64,000 nucleotides of DNA from positions 17,384 through 81,383 of the IMG/VR virus record IMGVR_UViG_3300031087_000527; one strand, written 5' to 3'. This document shows, one piece after another, positions 1 through 9,698 of the stretch. The stretch is from a virus (Duplodnaviria; Heunggongvirae; Uroviricota; Caudoviricetes). Under the pieces are notes generated by a model. That model saw nothing but the letters and a program-made list of their open reading frames with translations, was not told where the DNA came from and did not search any database. Made by a program: the position numbers and the translations under genes. The stretch's first letter is position 1; every line of letters starts with the position of its first letter.

Positions 1-15
1 TACTGGAGTAGTGAA

Positions 16-573
16 ATGACTAAGAATGCAATTGAAATAAGCGATACTAAAGTATTTTTTGTAGTGGGTTTGAATAAAAAGCCTGATATTTTTTTAAAGG
101 AGGAAGAGTGGGTCGGCCATCAGTTTGGCAGGGGATATTTTGATGAAGATAATGGCCTTTGGGATCTGGTTGAACGAGCGATTAGCGATTATGAGAATGA
201 GCATGGCGTTCTGCGTTTTAAATCAGTTGTTGAAGCAGAGAAAGCGTTGTATGACCTTCTGAGTCGTCTTGATTTGAATGGTCAAGGCTCATTTGATAAA
301 GATGTCTTTGAGATTATCCGCGTTGAAGTCGTGATGACACATAAAGTGGAAAAATCCTTTGATGGCGTTAAGGCTGTTTTGAGTCTTGCTGATGATTACG
401 CAAGTAACATGCGTAAGTTTGAAGATTTCTTCGTTGGCACACCGTTGGGATATAAGCTAAATGCGACAAAGGCGGACATGGAAAATGCGCGTAAGAAAGA
501 CTTTGAAGGTTATGAGATTGAAAGCTATGATAAACATTATCAGAGCTGGTTAGAGCTTAACGACGAAGCTTAA
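16..573 (+). CDS. hypothetical protein
   Basis: GGAG RBS, 185 aa, followed by terminator. Confidence 0.85.
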   Translation: MTKNAIEISDTKVFFVVGLNKKPDIFLKEEEWVGHQFGRGYFDEDNGLWDLVERAISDYENEHGVLRFKSVVEAEKALYDLLSRLDLNGQGSFDKDVFEIIRVEVVMTHKVEKSFDGVKAVLSLADDYASNMRKFEDFFVGTPLGYKLNATKADMENARKKDFEGYEIESYDKHYQSWLELNDEA

Positions 574-580
574 AAAACAA

Positions 581-600
581 GCCGCCTTCGGGCGGTTTTT
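581..600 (+). terminator. Rho-independent terminator (example copy)
   Basis: GCCGCC TTCG GGCGG TTTTT directly after the 16..573 stop. Confidence 0.9.
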
Positions 601-667
601 TCATATAAAGGTTGTGACAATAAAGGCGTTCTGCTATAATCAATGGTATTGAAAACAGGAGAACGCG

Positions 668-1021
668 ATGAAAGAGCTTGATATTTTCACTATGGACTAC
701 CTCTTTGAGAATGGTTTTAACGAAGATGGTGGTAAAGTGGTAGAAACGTCAGTTATTGTTGTTGCTGAGGATGTTGAAGGTCGTCGTTTTGCTCTGAACG
801 ATTCGGATTTAACAACGGTAATGATGAGCCTGGAAGAGATTTGGGAGATTCAGAAAAAGCGTATTGATAGGATAACGACGCATCTGGATAACGGTGGGGC
901 ATTGAGTTTGACACACTGGAACGAGATTGATCCTGCGTATGGCTCAGAGGCTTATCAGAAGCTTGACCGGACAGGTTATTTCAAAGAGCTTGAAATCAGA
1001 GCTGAAAACGAATCTTTTTAA
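668..1021 (+). CDS. hypothetical acidic protein
   Basis: Own promoter, AGGAG RBS. Confidence 0.85.
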   Translation: MKELDIFTMDYLFENGFNEDGGKVVETSVIVVAEDVEGRRFALNDSDLTTVMMSLEEIWEIQKKRIDRITTHLDNGGALSLTHWNEIDPAYGSEAYQKLDRTGYFKELEIRAENESF

Positions 1022-1074
1022 CGAAACATCTGATGCCTCATATTCATGGGGCAGCTTAAATTAAGGCTTGAAAA

Positions 1075-1428
1075 ATGAAAAACAAAGTTATGCTGTTCTC
1101 AAGTAATGGTCTGATGTTAAAAGAGATTTCCCATGATAATATTGATGTTATCAATAGCAGGAATATAAAGATCGGTGATAAAGGTGAGATTAGCTGCTGT
1201 CATAATATTTCATTCATAAAAAAAGATCGTAAGCCATTAAATAAGGAAGATCTTCAATATCTGGAAGTTTACGCATATAGCACATTAGTTTTCAAAGGAT
1301 ATGGTATTTATTGTAGCAGTAGGCATAGTGCGCCTTATATCTTTGCAGAGATTGAGGGAGAATTATTTAAGATTGATATTCAAGGAAGTCTTGAGGAGCA
1401 CTTAACCGTTCTGAAGGACTGCGAATAA
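1075..1428 (+). CDS. hypothetical protein
   Basis: ORF co-oriented with neighbours. Confidence 0.75.
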   Translation: MKNKVMLFSSNGLMLKEISHDNIDVINSRNIKIGDKGEISCCHNISFIKKDRKPLNKEDLQYLEVYAYSTLVFKGYGIYCSSRHSAPYIFAEIEGELFKIDIQGSLEEHLTVLKDCE

Positions 1429-1562
1429 AGACAAGAAAGGCTCTCGCTTTGTATTTTAAAGGAGAGCTTTTTTCATTTAAGTTGAGTTTAAAAAGGCTTG
1501 CTTTTATTGTCATAAAAATCTATACTGTCTGTATTGAAACTGAGAATGCTGAGGAAGTGGTT

Positions 1563-2006
1563 ATGATGAGTCCTTTGTTTTTTGTGCTGAAAAATACGCA
1601 GATTCACTCTTATTTTCCAGATAGCGACACTATCACTTTATCTTCCGAGAAGGTAAAGGTGTCGGAAGAAAAGATTGAGATTGATTCAGGCATTTATCCG
1701 GTGTTTGGCTCAGTAGAGGCGGCTATGGAGAGTATTGCTGAACATCTTAAGGGCAAGTATGTCTTTGTTGATGATAATGGTGTGATTCATAACGTAGATA
1801 AAGAAGGTCGTTCAAGCACCTATCTACCAGAATCGGGCAGAATGAAAATCCGCTTTGAGGATGTAGTTGATGCGGGATTCCCCGGTTATAAATCGGTGAG
1901 CTTTGTTGATCCAGAAGGGATTATCGAAGACCAGGGCGACCATGTTGCTTGGGAGCCGGAAGAGTTGGCTGGTCAGCTTGATTGGGCATATAGCGAACGA
2001 GATTAA
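1563..2006 (+). CDS. hypothetical protein (start corrected from 1449)
   Basis: Promoter -10 at 1521, GAGG RBS before ATG 1563. Confidence 0.8.
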   Translation: MMSPLFFVLKNTQIHSYFPDSDTITLSSEKVKVSEEKIEIDSGIYPVFGSVEAAMESIAEHLKGKYVFVDDNGVIHNVDKEGRSSTYLPESGRMKIRFEDVVDAGFPGYKSVSFVDPEGIIEDQGDHVAWEPEELAGQLDWAYSERD

Positions 2007-2109
2007 TAAAAAGAAGCCGCCTCCGGGCGGTTTTTTATTGTTGAAGAATATTGTACTGCATGCTGAAAAAAACTATAATAAAAAAACTTATATTAATGAG
2101 GTATCAGTT

Positions 2110-2688
2110 ATGCATTATTTGCTATCACCATCAGGTTGCAATTCATTTCAACATGATTTTTCCGCCTGTGATCTTCTTTTTGCTGTTAAAGACGTAGAAG
2201 ATTTCAAGAAGCGTTTATTTTACGCGATGGACGATTATGTTGATAAACTTAATAAAAATCAACATGATTGTTCTGGGTTTGTTTTTGAGGGTAAGGAATT
2301 TCCTGAGAAGAGTTTTTTCTTTTACGACAAATTTAATGATTTGTGGTCATGCTATAAGCCAATATTAGTTGAGTTGGTGTCGAAAGATGATTTGGAGTGC
2401 TTCGTAGTAGAGGCTTCTATAGGGACGCGACGTTCTTATTTACCGCCTGGTTACAGAATAGTGTGGGGTGAGAACAAAGCGGTAGTTGAGGCTGAACTGC
2501 AGAAAGCTTATGAGCTATTAAGCGCAGATAGGAAAATTCCTTTTTATTCAATGCTAGGGGCGTATTTTAAAGCAGATGAGATAGTTGGGTATGAGTTTAA
2601 TTCAGGGAATGAGCCTAAGCTAAAACCTTTTAATGCTTTAGGAAGAGTGTTTTCATTAGAGGAATTTTTCTCAAAAGAAGCTGAATGA
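2110..2688 (+). CDS. hypothetical protein, paralog of 2784..3359 (start corrected)
   Basis: MHYLL start; DVEDFK.RLF.AMDDYV shared with the next gene. Confidence 0.85.
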   Translation: MHYLLSPSGCNSFQHDFSACDLLFAVKDVEDFKKRLFYAMDDYVDKLNKNQHDCSGFVFEGKEFPEKSFFFYDKFNDLWSCYKPILVELVSKDDLECFVVEASIGTRRSYLPPGYRIVWGENKAVVEAELQKAYELLSADRKIPFYSMLGAYFKADEIVGYEFNSGNEPKLKPFNALGRVFSLEEFFSKEAE

Positions 2689-2783
2689 TAAGCCGCCTCC
2701 GGGCGGTTTTTGTTTTAATAAACTGTTGTAATCTACGTTGAAAAACCATATAATGACAACAGTTTATTAATGAGGTAGAAACC

Positions 2784-3359
2784 ATGCATTATTTACTGTT
2801 GCCATTTATGGTAGGTTCGATTTATGAAGGCTCTTCAACTGAGTATCTTCGTTTCATTGCTCAAGACGTTGAGGATTTCAAGACGCGCTTATTTTGTGCG
2901 ATGGATGATTACGTTCAGGATCTCAATCAGAAGCGGTGTGGTTATTCGCAGTTTAGCTTTGAGGGTCAGGAATTTCCTGAGCAAGGCTTTTTCTTTTATG
3001 ACATCATTGATGATTTATGGTCGTGTCATGAGCCTGAGTTGATTGAGCTTGCCTCAAAGGAATCTCTGGATTGTTTTATTGTAGAGACAACCATAGGTGA
3101 TGGATGCTCTTATTCGTTCCCATGTTATAAGATGGTTTGGGCTGAGAGCAAAGCTGTGGTAGAGGCTGAGCTGGAGAAAGCTTATGCTGCTTTCCGATCA
3201 GATAAAAGGTTGCGTTCTTATTCAGTGCTGGGAACGGATTTTGAGGCTGATGAGATGGTAGGCTCTGATTATCAAGAAGGTAGTCTAACTAAGTATTATA
3301 ATACTGTAGAGTCAGTATCATCATTAGAAGATTTTTTCTCAAAAAAAGCTACTCTATAG
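2784..3359 (+). CDS. hypothetical protein, paralog of 2110..2688
   Basis: Full-length similarity to the upstream gene. Confidence 0.85.
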   Translation: MHYLLLPFMVGSIYEGSSTEYLRFIAQDVEDFKTRLFCAMDDYVQDLNQKRCGYSQFSFEGQEFPEQGFFFYDIIDDLWSCHEPELIELASKESLDCFIVETTIGDGCSYSFPCYKMVWAESKAVVEAELEKAYAAFRSDKRLRSYSVLGTDFEADEMVGSDYQEGSLTKYYNTVESVSSLEDFFSKKATL

Positions 3360-3409
3360 ACCGCCCCAAAAAAGCTGTTGATTAAGACAATATAAAAGAT
3401 TATACTGTT

Positions 3410-3577
3410 AATGATATTGAGTTTATTCCTCTTATTGGGAATAATCTGAATGAAACCTTCCTTCTGAGTGTTGCTGATTTTGAAGAGTTTAAAAAAGAAG
3501 ATAATACTTTTATTGTATATTCCAAGCTATCTGATAAATGGCTTAAAGACACTCTGGCAGATCTGAAAGGCTATTAA
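3410..3577 (+). pseudogene. C-terminal fragment of a paralog of 24949..25533
   Basis: Frame reads ..DIEFIPLIG..FIVYSKLSDKWLKDTLADLKGY*, matching GYEFVSLTG..YIYKRLPDSWFKDTLRTLKALHQ; no start codon or RBS; abuts a -10 box. Confidence 0.65.
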
Positions 3578-3634
3578 GAAAAGACAAGGAAAAGAGGCTC
3601 AGGCCTCTTTTTTTTTAATGTGGTAAGAAAAAGC

Positions 3635-3680
3635 TTGCCATTGTTGTCATTAAAGTCTATACTGTTTTTATTGAAACGGG
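3635..3680 (+). promoter_or_regulatory. sigma70 promoter with TTGTCATTAA in the spacer (example copy)
   Basis: TTGCCA 3635, 17 bp spacer, TATACT 3658; near-identical module at ~4398-4480. Confidence 0.85.
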
Positions 3681-3707
3681 CGGTTAAACTTTAAAGAGAA
3701 ACCAAAA

Positions 3708-3992
3708 ATGAAAACATTAAGAATTTCGCACGTAACTAATAAAAATTTTAGCTTTCGTAATAAATATTACGTTGTAGAGGAAAAGAAGGTTTTCCTTGGG
3801 ATTTTTAGTTTTTGGAAAGAATGTAAGCATCTTTTCGGGAGTTTGTATATTGAAGAGGATCGTGGTTATATTCCATATACTTTTGATAGTGTAGAAAAGG
3901 CAAAAGCTTTTATTAAAGAAAAGTATAAAGATTTTTCTTTGTGTGAAAAAGTTGTATATCGTGTTATTCCAGATGGATTTGATGAGCGTTAA
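3708..3992 (+). CDS. hypothetical protein, weakly related to the N-termini of 52015 and 52592
   Basis: Y.V..K...F..WK...A..FI pattern. Confidence 0.8.
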   Translation: MKTLRISHVTNKNFSFRNKYYVVEEKKVFLGIFSFWKECKHLFGSLYIEEDRGYIPYTFDSVEKAKAFIKEKYKDFSLCEKVVYRVIPDGFDER

Positions 3993-4065
3993 AATAACGG
4001 CTCAATTTTAAGCGAATATATTGCAAATTGTGATATAATATATACCAAATCAGAAGGGAAACATC

Positions 4066-4353
4066 ATGAATAAAGCGCCTGTAAAATATGATCTGACTTT
4101 GAGTGAACTGATTGAAAAGTTCAATGTAAACAAGAAAACCAAAGACCTGAAAGAGTTTTATTTTCAGGGGGAAAATTATAAGTCGCTTTGCGCGGGCTAT
4201 ATCAATAGCGATGGTTTTCTTGAGCTGCGCACTTTTACTGAAAAAGAAGGCGTAATGTCAGAAGTGATTTGGCACAGAGTAGCGCTCAGTCTGACGACTC
4301 GAAGCTTTGCTCAGAAATACCGAATCATTGAAAGTCTGAATGAGCTTGTTTGA
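4066..4353 (+). CDS. hypothetical protein
   Basis: RBS, terminator. Confidence 0.8.
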   Translation: MNKAPVKYDLTLSELIEKFNVNKKTKDLKEFYFQGENYKSLCAGYINSDGFLELRTFTEKEGVMSEVIWHRVALSLTTRSFAQKYRIIESLNELV

Positions 4354-4480
4354 TAAGAGATAAAAGCCGCCTCCGGGCGGTTTTGTGTTTAATAGCGTAA
4401 GAAAAAGCTTGTTTTTATTGTCATTAAAGCCTATACTGTTTTTATTGAAACGGGCAGTTAAACCTGAAAGAGAAATCAAA

Positions 4481-5116
4481 ATGCTGAATGAAAAAATCGC
4501 TGGTCTGCTGAAATCACGTGAAGAAGCTGATGTGAAATGTGATGAGGCTCGAAAAGTTCTTGCTTCTGCGGGTAAGGTTCGTTCGGGTATTCAGACGAAG
4601 ATTGCGAAGGCATTTGCTGAGGGTTTCACTGGCAGCGATGAAGAGATTCTGTTCATGCTGGATTGGGAAAACTCAAGCGATGAGATGTATGCGTTTCGCT
4701 CTAAGTTTCTGATTGAAAGAAAACTTGGAGAAGCGGGTTATAACACATCCTCTCGTCAGTATGGCGTTGGTGTAAATCTGTATAATGATGAAGCGGATCT
4801 GCGCGTAGCGGCTGAGGCATTAAAGGATTTATTCCGCGTAATCAAGCCTGTTAAGTGTGATGGATGGGCTGGCAAAGGAACGGAATACGTTAAGGTTGAA
4901 CTGAATGTCTCATCGGTTGTAGAATATGAGAAGTTCAGTGATAACGTTTATCTGGTCAAAGAAGGCGATCTGTACCAAGCTACCACTATCGAGCGCCGTC
5001 ATAATAATGTGATTGTAGGGTGGTCAGAAGATATCGCTGAGGTGATGATCAAGGCGAAAGAATATCTGGAATCACATTATGGTTATCGTGAAGATGATGA
5101 GTGTGATGAAGACTAA
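4481..5116 (+). CDS. hypothetical protein (start corrected from 4385)
   Basis: Promoter 4409-4437, ATG 4481, terminator 5124. Confidence 0.85.
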   Translation: MLNEKIAGLLKSREEADVKCDEARKVLASAGKVRSGIQTKIAKAFAEGFTGSDEEILFMLDWENSSDEMYAFRSKFLIERKLGEAGYNTSSRQYGVGVNLYNDEADLRVAAEALKDLFRVIKPVKCDGWAGKGTEYVKVELNVSSVVEYEKFSDNVYLVKEGDLYQATTIERRHNNVIVGWSEDIAEVMIKAKEYLESHYGYREDDECDED

Positions 5117-5243
5117 ATGAAAGGCCGCCTACGGGCGGTTTTTTTGTTTAGCTCATAAGAAAAAGCTTGTGCATAACTCTTTGTTGTCATATAATGTGTT
5201 TATTGAAAGCGAGTAGAAAATCCATCCGCTATGAGGCATCACA

Positions 5244-5633
5244 ATGACGAATATTAATACTACTAAGCGTGTATCTTTTTCGATTAATAGCGTAGCGATT
5301 TTATTAGTATCTATAGCGATTAGCGCGGTTGTGCATTTCAGTGGCTCTCTCTCTCTTTATCCTGTCATGTATCTGGCTGTAGGATATAGCACTGCGGTAA
5401 CAGCATGGGGTATTTTTTGCTATACTCTTTTCCTTAAGGAAGGTTGTTCTAATCCACAGACATTTTCTTTCAGCACGTCAGAAGTTTTACTTGGTATGCT
5501 TAAGCTGCCATTGCTTCTGATTATTCAAGGTCTGATGTCAAAATACTGGTTTGATATACCGCTTCACGCTGAGATGCTGTGGGTATATGCGGCTATGATT
5601 ATGGCTTATAAAATTCACTTCTGGAAAGTGTGA
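5244..5633 (+). CDS. 4-TM membrane protein, paralog of 5810..6196
   Basis: Hydrophobic; shared TFSFSTSEVLLGMLKLPL. Confidence 0.85.
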   Translation: MTNINTTKRVSFSINSVAILLVSIAISAVVHFSGSLSLYPVMYLAVGYSTAVTAWGIFCYTLFLKEGCSNPQTFSFSTSEVLLGMLKLPLLLIIQGLMSKYWFDIPLHAEMLWVYAAMIMAYKIHFWKV

Positions 5634-5809
5634 GGATTAACTGTTTAAAGCTGATAGAGAGCCGCCTCCGGGCGGTATTTCTTTTTAAGAGAGGCTTATC
5701 ATTAAAGTTTCTTTTAAGATGAAAAGTAATGCTTGTGCATGATTTATTGTTGTCGTATACTGTATTTATCGAAAGTAAGTAGCCAATCCATCCACGATGA
5801 GTCATTAAA

Positions 5810-6196
5810 ATGACAAGTATTAATAATAGCATTACGCGTATATCTTTTGGGATTAACAGCGAATTTGTTTTACTGGTGACTATAGTGATTAGCGTCTTTG
5901 CTCATTATGTTGATGTTTTTCTGCCTTTTATGGTGATTTCAGCATCATTAAGTGTTTGTTTAGCAATATGTGGAATTGTTTGTTATGCGATTTTTCTGAA
6001 CAAAAGTTTTTCTGCTCCACGGACATTTTCTTTTAGCACATCAGAGGTTTTGCTTGGTATGCTTAAGCTGCCATTAGTTCTGATGATTCAGGGGCTGATG
6101 TCGAAATACTGGTTTAATATGTCAGCTTGCTCTGCAATTTTGTGGCTTTATGCGCTTATGCTCGTTGCTTACAAGATTCGCTTTTGGAAGGTGTAA
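5810..6196 (+). CDS. 4-TM membrane protein, paralog of 5244..5633
   Basis: Tandem duplicate including promoter. Confidence 0.85.
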   Translation: MTSINNSITRISFGINSEFVLLVTIVISVFAHYVDVFLPFMVISASLSVCLAICGIVCYAIFLNKSFSAPRTFSFSTSEVLLGMLKLPLVLMIQGLMSKYWFNMSACSAILWLYALMLVAYKIRFWKV

Positions 6197-6247
6197 AAAA
6201 GCTCCATTATTATCAAAAATCAGGTTTGCTTATAAAAGAGGTGTAGG

Positions 6248-6547
6248 ATGAGTAAAAATGTTCAGATAATTGATAATTTTATAGAGTATCTGCGTAGTAT
6301 GATTTGGCGTAAAGAAAATCAGGAAAGCCAGCATAAAATCGTAGATGATATTCAGTCCGAGTTAGTTTCATTAGATGCTGCTGAGGAACTGGATTTTGAT
6401 TATGAAGAGTACCGCTCAGGCGCGAGTTATCGTTCTTTAGTTATCAATAAGCATGGTGAAAAGGTGGCTGAATATTTTGCCAGCGCGGATGACGGTATGG
6501 TGAGTGTCAACATTAAAGGCGTTTATACAGAAAATAACTTCAGCTAA
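6248..6547 (+). CDS. hypothetical protein
   Basis: GAGGTG RBS, terminator. Confidence 0.8.
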   Translation: MSKNVQIIDNFIEYLRSMIWRKENQESQHKIVDDIQSELVSLDAAEELDFDYEEYRSGASYRSLVINKHGEKVAEYFASADDGMVSVNIKGVYTENNFS

Positions 6548-6652
6548 TATTGGTAAATACATTCTGATCAGATTAAAAAGCCGCCTACGGGCGGTTTTTT
6601 ATTGTTTGGCATAAGGTGAAATGTTATACTGTGTTTTTAATCGGAGAGAGAT

Positions 6653-7363
6653 ATGGCAAGCGAAAAATCGACTAATGTAGCAAACGCAAAGCTTTATTTG
6701 GAACGTATTGGTGCGAAGATGATTGGTTCTGATAATACTCTCAGGAAGGTTATCAATCCTGTAAGCTCAAGAATTTTTATCCTATTCAATGAGAATTTTA
6801 TCTTTGAAGGCTATCAATATAATTTCGAGCACAATGAAGAAGATTTGCTGATCGATACCTATAGTGCGCTCATGTATCATGACAAACATGAATATGAGGA
6901 CGCTTATATGGAAGAATACATGAAGAGCCGCTCAGAAGATGAGAGAATACGTTATTACTATGCGAAAACGAAAGCTAATAGCGTGGATGAGTTTATCGAG
7001 CTTCTTATCGCTGCAGTGAAGAGCTTAAATAGAGCAGTAGTCTTTACTGAGGATGAGGATTTTTTACTCAGCGATGATGAGCTTGATGTGGAGTGTTATT
7101 CGGAAAAGAAAAAGATTAAAACTCGGAAAAATAATACCGTTACGATAAAGATTGACAGGTCTTGCGACATGGAGCGTGTCGAGGTTAATGGTGTAGAGAT
7201 AATGGAAGGAAACTCACATGATTTCCATCCGGGCTGTCATGGTATGGCTTTGCCGAGTTTTAATAGCTCATCCGAGCTGGCAAGACTTTTTGATGGTATG
7301 TTTAAGTCAAACGGTAAAGAATCGGAAATCGTAGTTGACCGCAACTGGAAGTATGACGGCTGA
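6653..7363 (+). CDS. hypothetical protein
   Basis: GGAGAG RBS, 236 aa. Confidence 0.8.
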   Translation: MASEKSTNVANAKLYLERIGAKMIGSDNTLRKVINPVSSRIFILFNENFIFEGYQYNFEHNEEDLLIDTYSALMYHDKHEYEDAYMEEYMKSRSEDERIRYYYAKTKANSVDEFIELLIAAVKSLNRAVVFTEDEDFLLSDDELDVECYSEKKKIKTRKNNTVTIKIDRSCDMERVEVNGVEIMEGNSHDFHPGCHGMALPSFNSSSELARLFDGMFKSNGKESEIVVDRNWKYDG

Positions 7364-7509
7364 TAAAATGCGAAAGCCTCCGAGAGGCTTGATTAAAAAA
7401 AGTGTGTAAAAGTGAAAATAATACTTGTACAAGACTAAGTGTTGTCATATACTGTATTCATTGAGAGGCGATAAGCCTGAATACAAACTGAAAATCTAAA
7501 GGTAATAAA

Positions 7510-7650
7510 ATGCACAATTCATCTGCTAATCACGTTGAGAAGTTTGGTAAATCTAAGAAAGCAGGTCGTGAGCAGCTTTCTGGAAAGCGTGATAACAAGA
7601 AGCACAATAAGATCGTTCGCGGTCGCCGTGAAGAAGTGGAATACGCATAA
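7510..7650 (+). CDS. 46-aa basic protein not in the ORF track, duplicate of 10087..10227
   Basis: MHNSSANHVEKFGKSKKAGREQLSGKRDNKKHNKIVRGRREEVEYA; own promoter, AAGGT RBS; many synonymous differences from the second copy. Confidence 0.85.
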   Translation: MHNSSANHVEKFGKSKKAGREQLSGKRDNKKHNKIVRGRREEVEYA

Positions 7651-7699
7651 TGCGAAGAGGCTGCCGAGAGGTGGCCTTGTTTTCTTGATAGAGGTGAAT

Positions 7700-7915
7700 A
7701 TGACACAAACGCTGGCGCAACAAAAGTTTAAAGAGTATCAGGATCTGCCGGAGCGCACTGGCACACTGCTGAAAATGGTTGATGGTCATGAAGTGGAGTT
7801 TGTGAGCCATTTTGACGAAATGAGATTCTCTGGCGTGAAAGACGATTCTCGCTATGATAATCATGAGTATCATTTCAAATACGAAGATATTGACCATGTA
7901 ATTATGTATGGTTAA
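7700..7915 (+). CDS. hypothetical protein (start corrected from 7535)
   Basis: GAGGTG RBS, ATG 7700. Confidence 0.8.
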   Translation: MTQTLAQQKFKEYQDLPERTGTLLKMVDGHEVEFVSHFDEMRFSGVKDDSRYDNHEYHFKYEDIDHVIMYG

Positions 7916-8109
7916 ATTACAGATAGCCGCCTTCGGGCGGTTTTTGTTTTAAGAGAGCCTTGTCATTAAGAAATTGTGTCTTGTTTTGCTTTTATTGTTG
8001 TCATATAATAATCTGATTAAACGAGACGAGGTGCGTCATGACTGAGTATGAGAAGACGATACGGAAGCTTTTAGCTGAAAATTCATTGCTGAAGCTGTTT
8101 GAAATTATA

Positions 8110-9698
8110 GCAACGAACGCAACATGTTAAACATATTTGATTTTTCTTCTTTTTTATTATAATATTCTTTTATAAATTACGGGGATATTATGACGCAGAC
8201 TTGTTTTATTAAACACGATTATGACAGAACGGTTCAGCCCTTCTGGAATGATCAGTGTCATAAAATGTCTCAAAACCTTTTTCTGCCCTACACCGAAAAT
8301 AACATTTCTAATTTTAACACTCATTACCTCTCTTCTTTGATCCGTAAACTTACTCCCGTTCATTCTTATCACTTTCCTTTATCCTTTAAATCCTGTGTTA
8401 TTTCTACGCCTGACATCATCGTTAAAGCCGTAAAGAAAGTGCGTTTTTATTTTACCTCGTCTGAGCAAAAACGTAAGTATGAGCAAATGATGATGGTGGC
8501 TCGCAGAGCCTACAATCTTGCGGTTGATATGTGTAACAACAGAGAATATATTGATGAAAATGGTAAGCCTGTTGATATCAGAATTCCTATCAGAGATAAA
8601 GTAAGGAAAGAAAGTGCTGAGAATAATCATGTTTTTGATACCAATGTTTGCGATCAGGCTGTCAGGATAGCCAAGTCTGAGTTTATTACTCTGTGTAAAA
8701 ATAACAAAAAGAAGAAGAAAAATACAACATCATTCACAGCTTTCTCACGACTAGGCTTTAAAAGCCGGAAAGACAAAAAACAGACCTTTGCTCATCCCCG
8801 GATGGGAAAAGAGGGTTCGGTCTGTATAAAATCGTTGGGAAGCATCAGGCTGACGGAAAAGCTGCCTGATGAATGTTATGGTAAGAATGTTGATGTAACA
8901 ATGGATCATGGCAGATGGTTTATCTGCGTCCAGGAAAATATAGAGATAAAACGAAACCGTTTAGATTGTTCCGAAAGCCAAGGTCCAGATAAAAAGGTTT
9001 CTGAAAAAGAAGTAAAAGTTATAGCTCTTGATCCGGGGAGCAGAACGTTTCTAACCGGATTCAGCGAGAAAGAAGTTATCGTGTATGGTAAAGATTATTC
9101 TATAAAATGCTTACTACCATTGGCGAAGAAGATGCGTAAGCTGTATTCTTTGCGTGAGAAGTTAAAGAAGCATGAGCTATACAAAAAGGAAATCTCGGAT
9201 AATCCGCAGTGGATAAACGATACGTTGAGACATATAGAAAACAGCCTGAACAGGCTGTCCTGCAGGCGTCAGGATCTTGTTAATCATCTGCATAGGACCG
9301 TGGCTCATAATATAATGATGAGCTACGATGTGATTTATCTTCCTGATTTCGAAACTAAATCGATGGTGAAGACTAAGGGAAGAAAAATAGGCCGTAAGGC
9401 GGTTCATAACATGCTTTCCCTGAGTCATTATATTTTTAAGGAATTTCTGCTGTGGACAGCGAAGAAATACGGTAAGGAAGTCATTATCGTTAACGAGAGT
9501 TATACAAGTAAAACTCAAAGCTGGAACGGAGTAGTAAATGAAAAGCTGGGTTCATCGAGGGTGATGAAAGACGGTAAAAGAATAATAGACAGAGATATCA
9601 ATGGTGCAAGGAATATTTATCTTAAGCACATATCTCAGTTAGCTAACATTTAGGTGCTTCGCCTTAGCCGGAACTGCGAATGCTGTTGCGTTCGTTGC
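8110..9698 (+). mobile_element. Non-autonomous TnpB-only element (IS607-related), 1589 bp, 15-bp terminal inverted repeats, no target duplication
   Basis: GCAACGAACGCAACA 8110-8124 / TGTTGCGTTCGTTGC 9684-9698; removal restores the host ORF (1-nt G ambiguity at the junction). Confidence 0.85.
8190..9653 (+). CDS. tnpB: TnpB-family RNA-guided nuclease, Fanzor2-like (pro-Fanzor) type
   Basis: RuvC-I ALDPGSRTF; canonical RuvC-II Glu replaced (IYLPDFET) with a shifted Glu in VNESYTSKT; RuvC-III DRDINGARNI; N-terminal PFWN..S..LFLP; no CxxC zinc finger. Confidence 0.85.
   Translation: MTQTCFIKHDYDRTVQPFWNDQCHKMSQNLFLPYTENNISNFNTHYLSSLIRKLTPVHSYHFPLSFKSCVISTPDIIVKAVKKVRFYFTSSEQKRKYEQMMMVARRAYNLAVDMCNNREYIDENGKPVDIRIPIRDKVRKESAENNHVFDTNVCDQAVRIAKSEFITLCKNNKKKKKNTTSFTAFSRLGFKSRKDKKQTFAHPRMGKEGSVCIKSLGSIRLTEKLPDECYGKNVDVTMDHGRWFICVQENIEIKRNRLDCSESQGPDKKVSEKEVKVIALDPGSRTFLTGFSEKEVIVYGKDYSIKCLLPLAKKMRKLYSLREKLKKHELYKKEISDNPQWINDTLRHIENSLNRLSCRRQDLVNHLHRTVAHNIMMSYDVIYLPDFETKSMVKTKGRKIGRKAVHNMLSLSHYIFKEFLLWTAKKYGKEVIIVNESYTSKTQSWNGVVNEKLGSSRVMKDGKRIIDRDINGARNIYLKHISQLANI

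Noticed and set aside
1903-2109. ORF-track N-terminal extensions and antisense ORFs containing KKPPPGGF or KKTARRR
   Set aside because: These are translations of the terminator and promoter repeats; true starts lie downstream after an RBS. Most minus-strand and nested ORFs shadow real + genes.
8110-9698. IStron (group I intron plus TnpB)
   Set aside because: Non-coding ends are only ~80 and ~45 bp here (~70 and ~56 bp in the second element), too short for a group I ribozyme.
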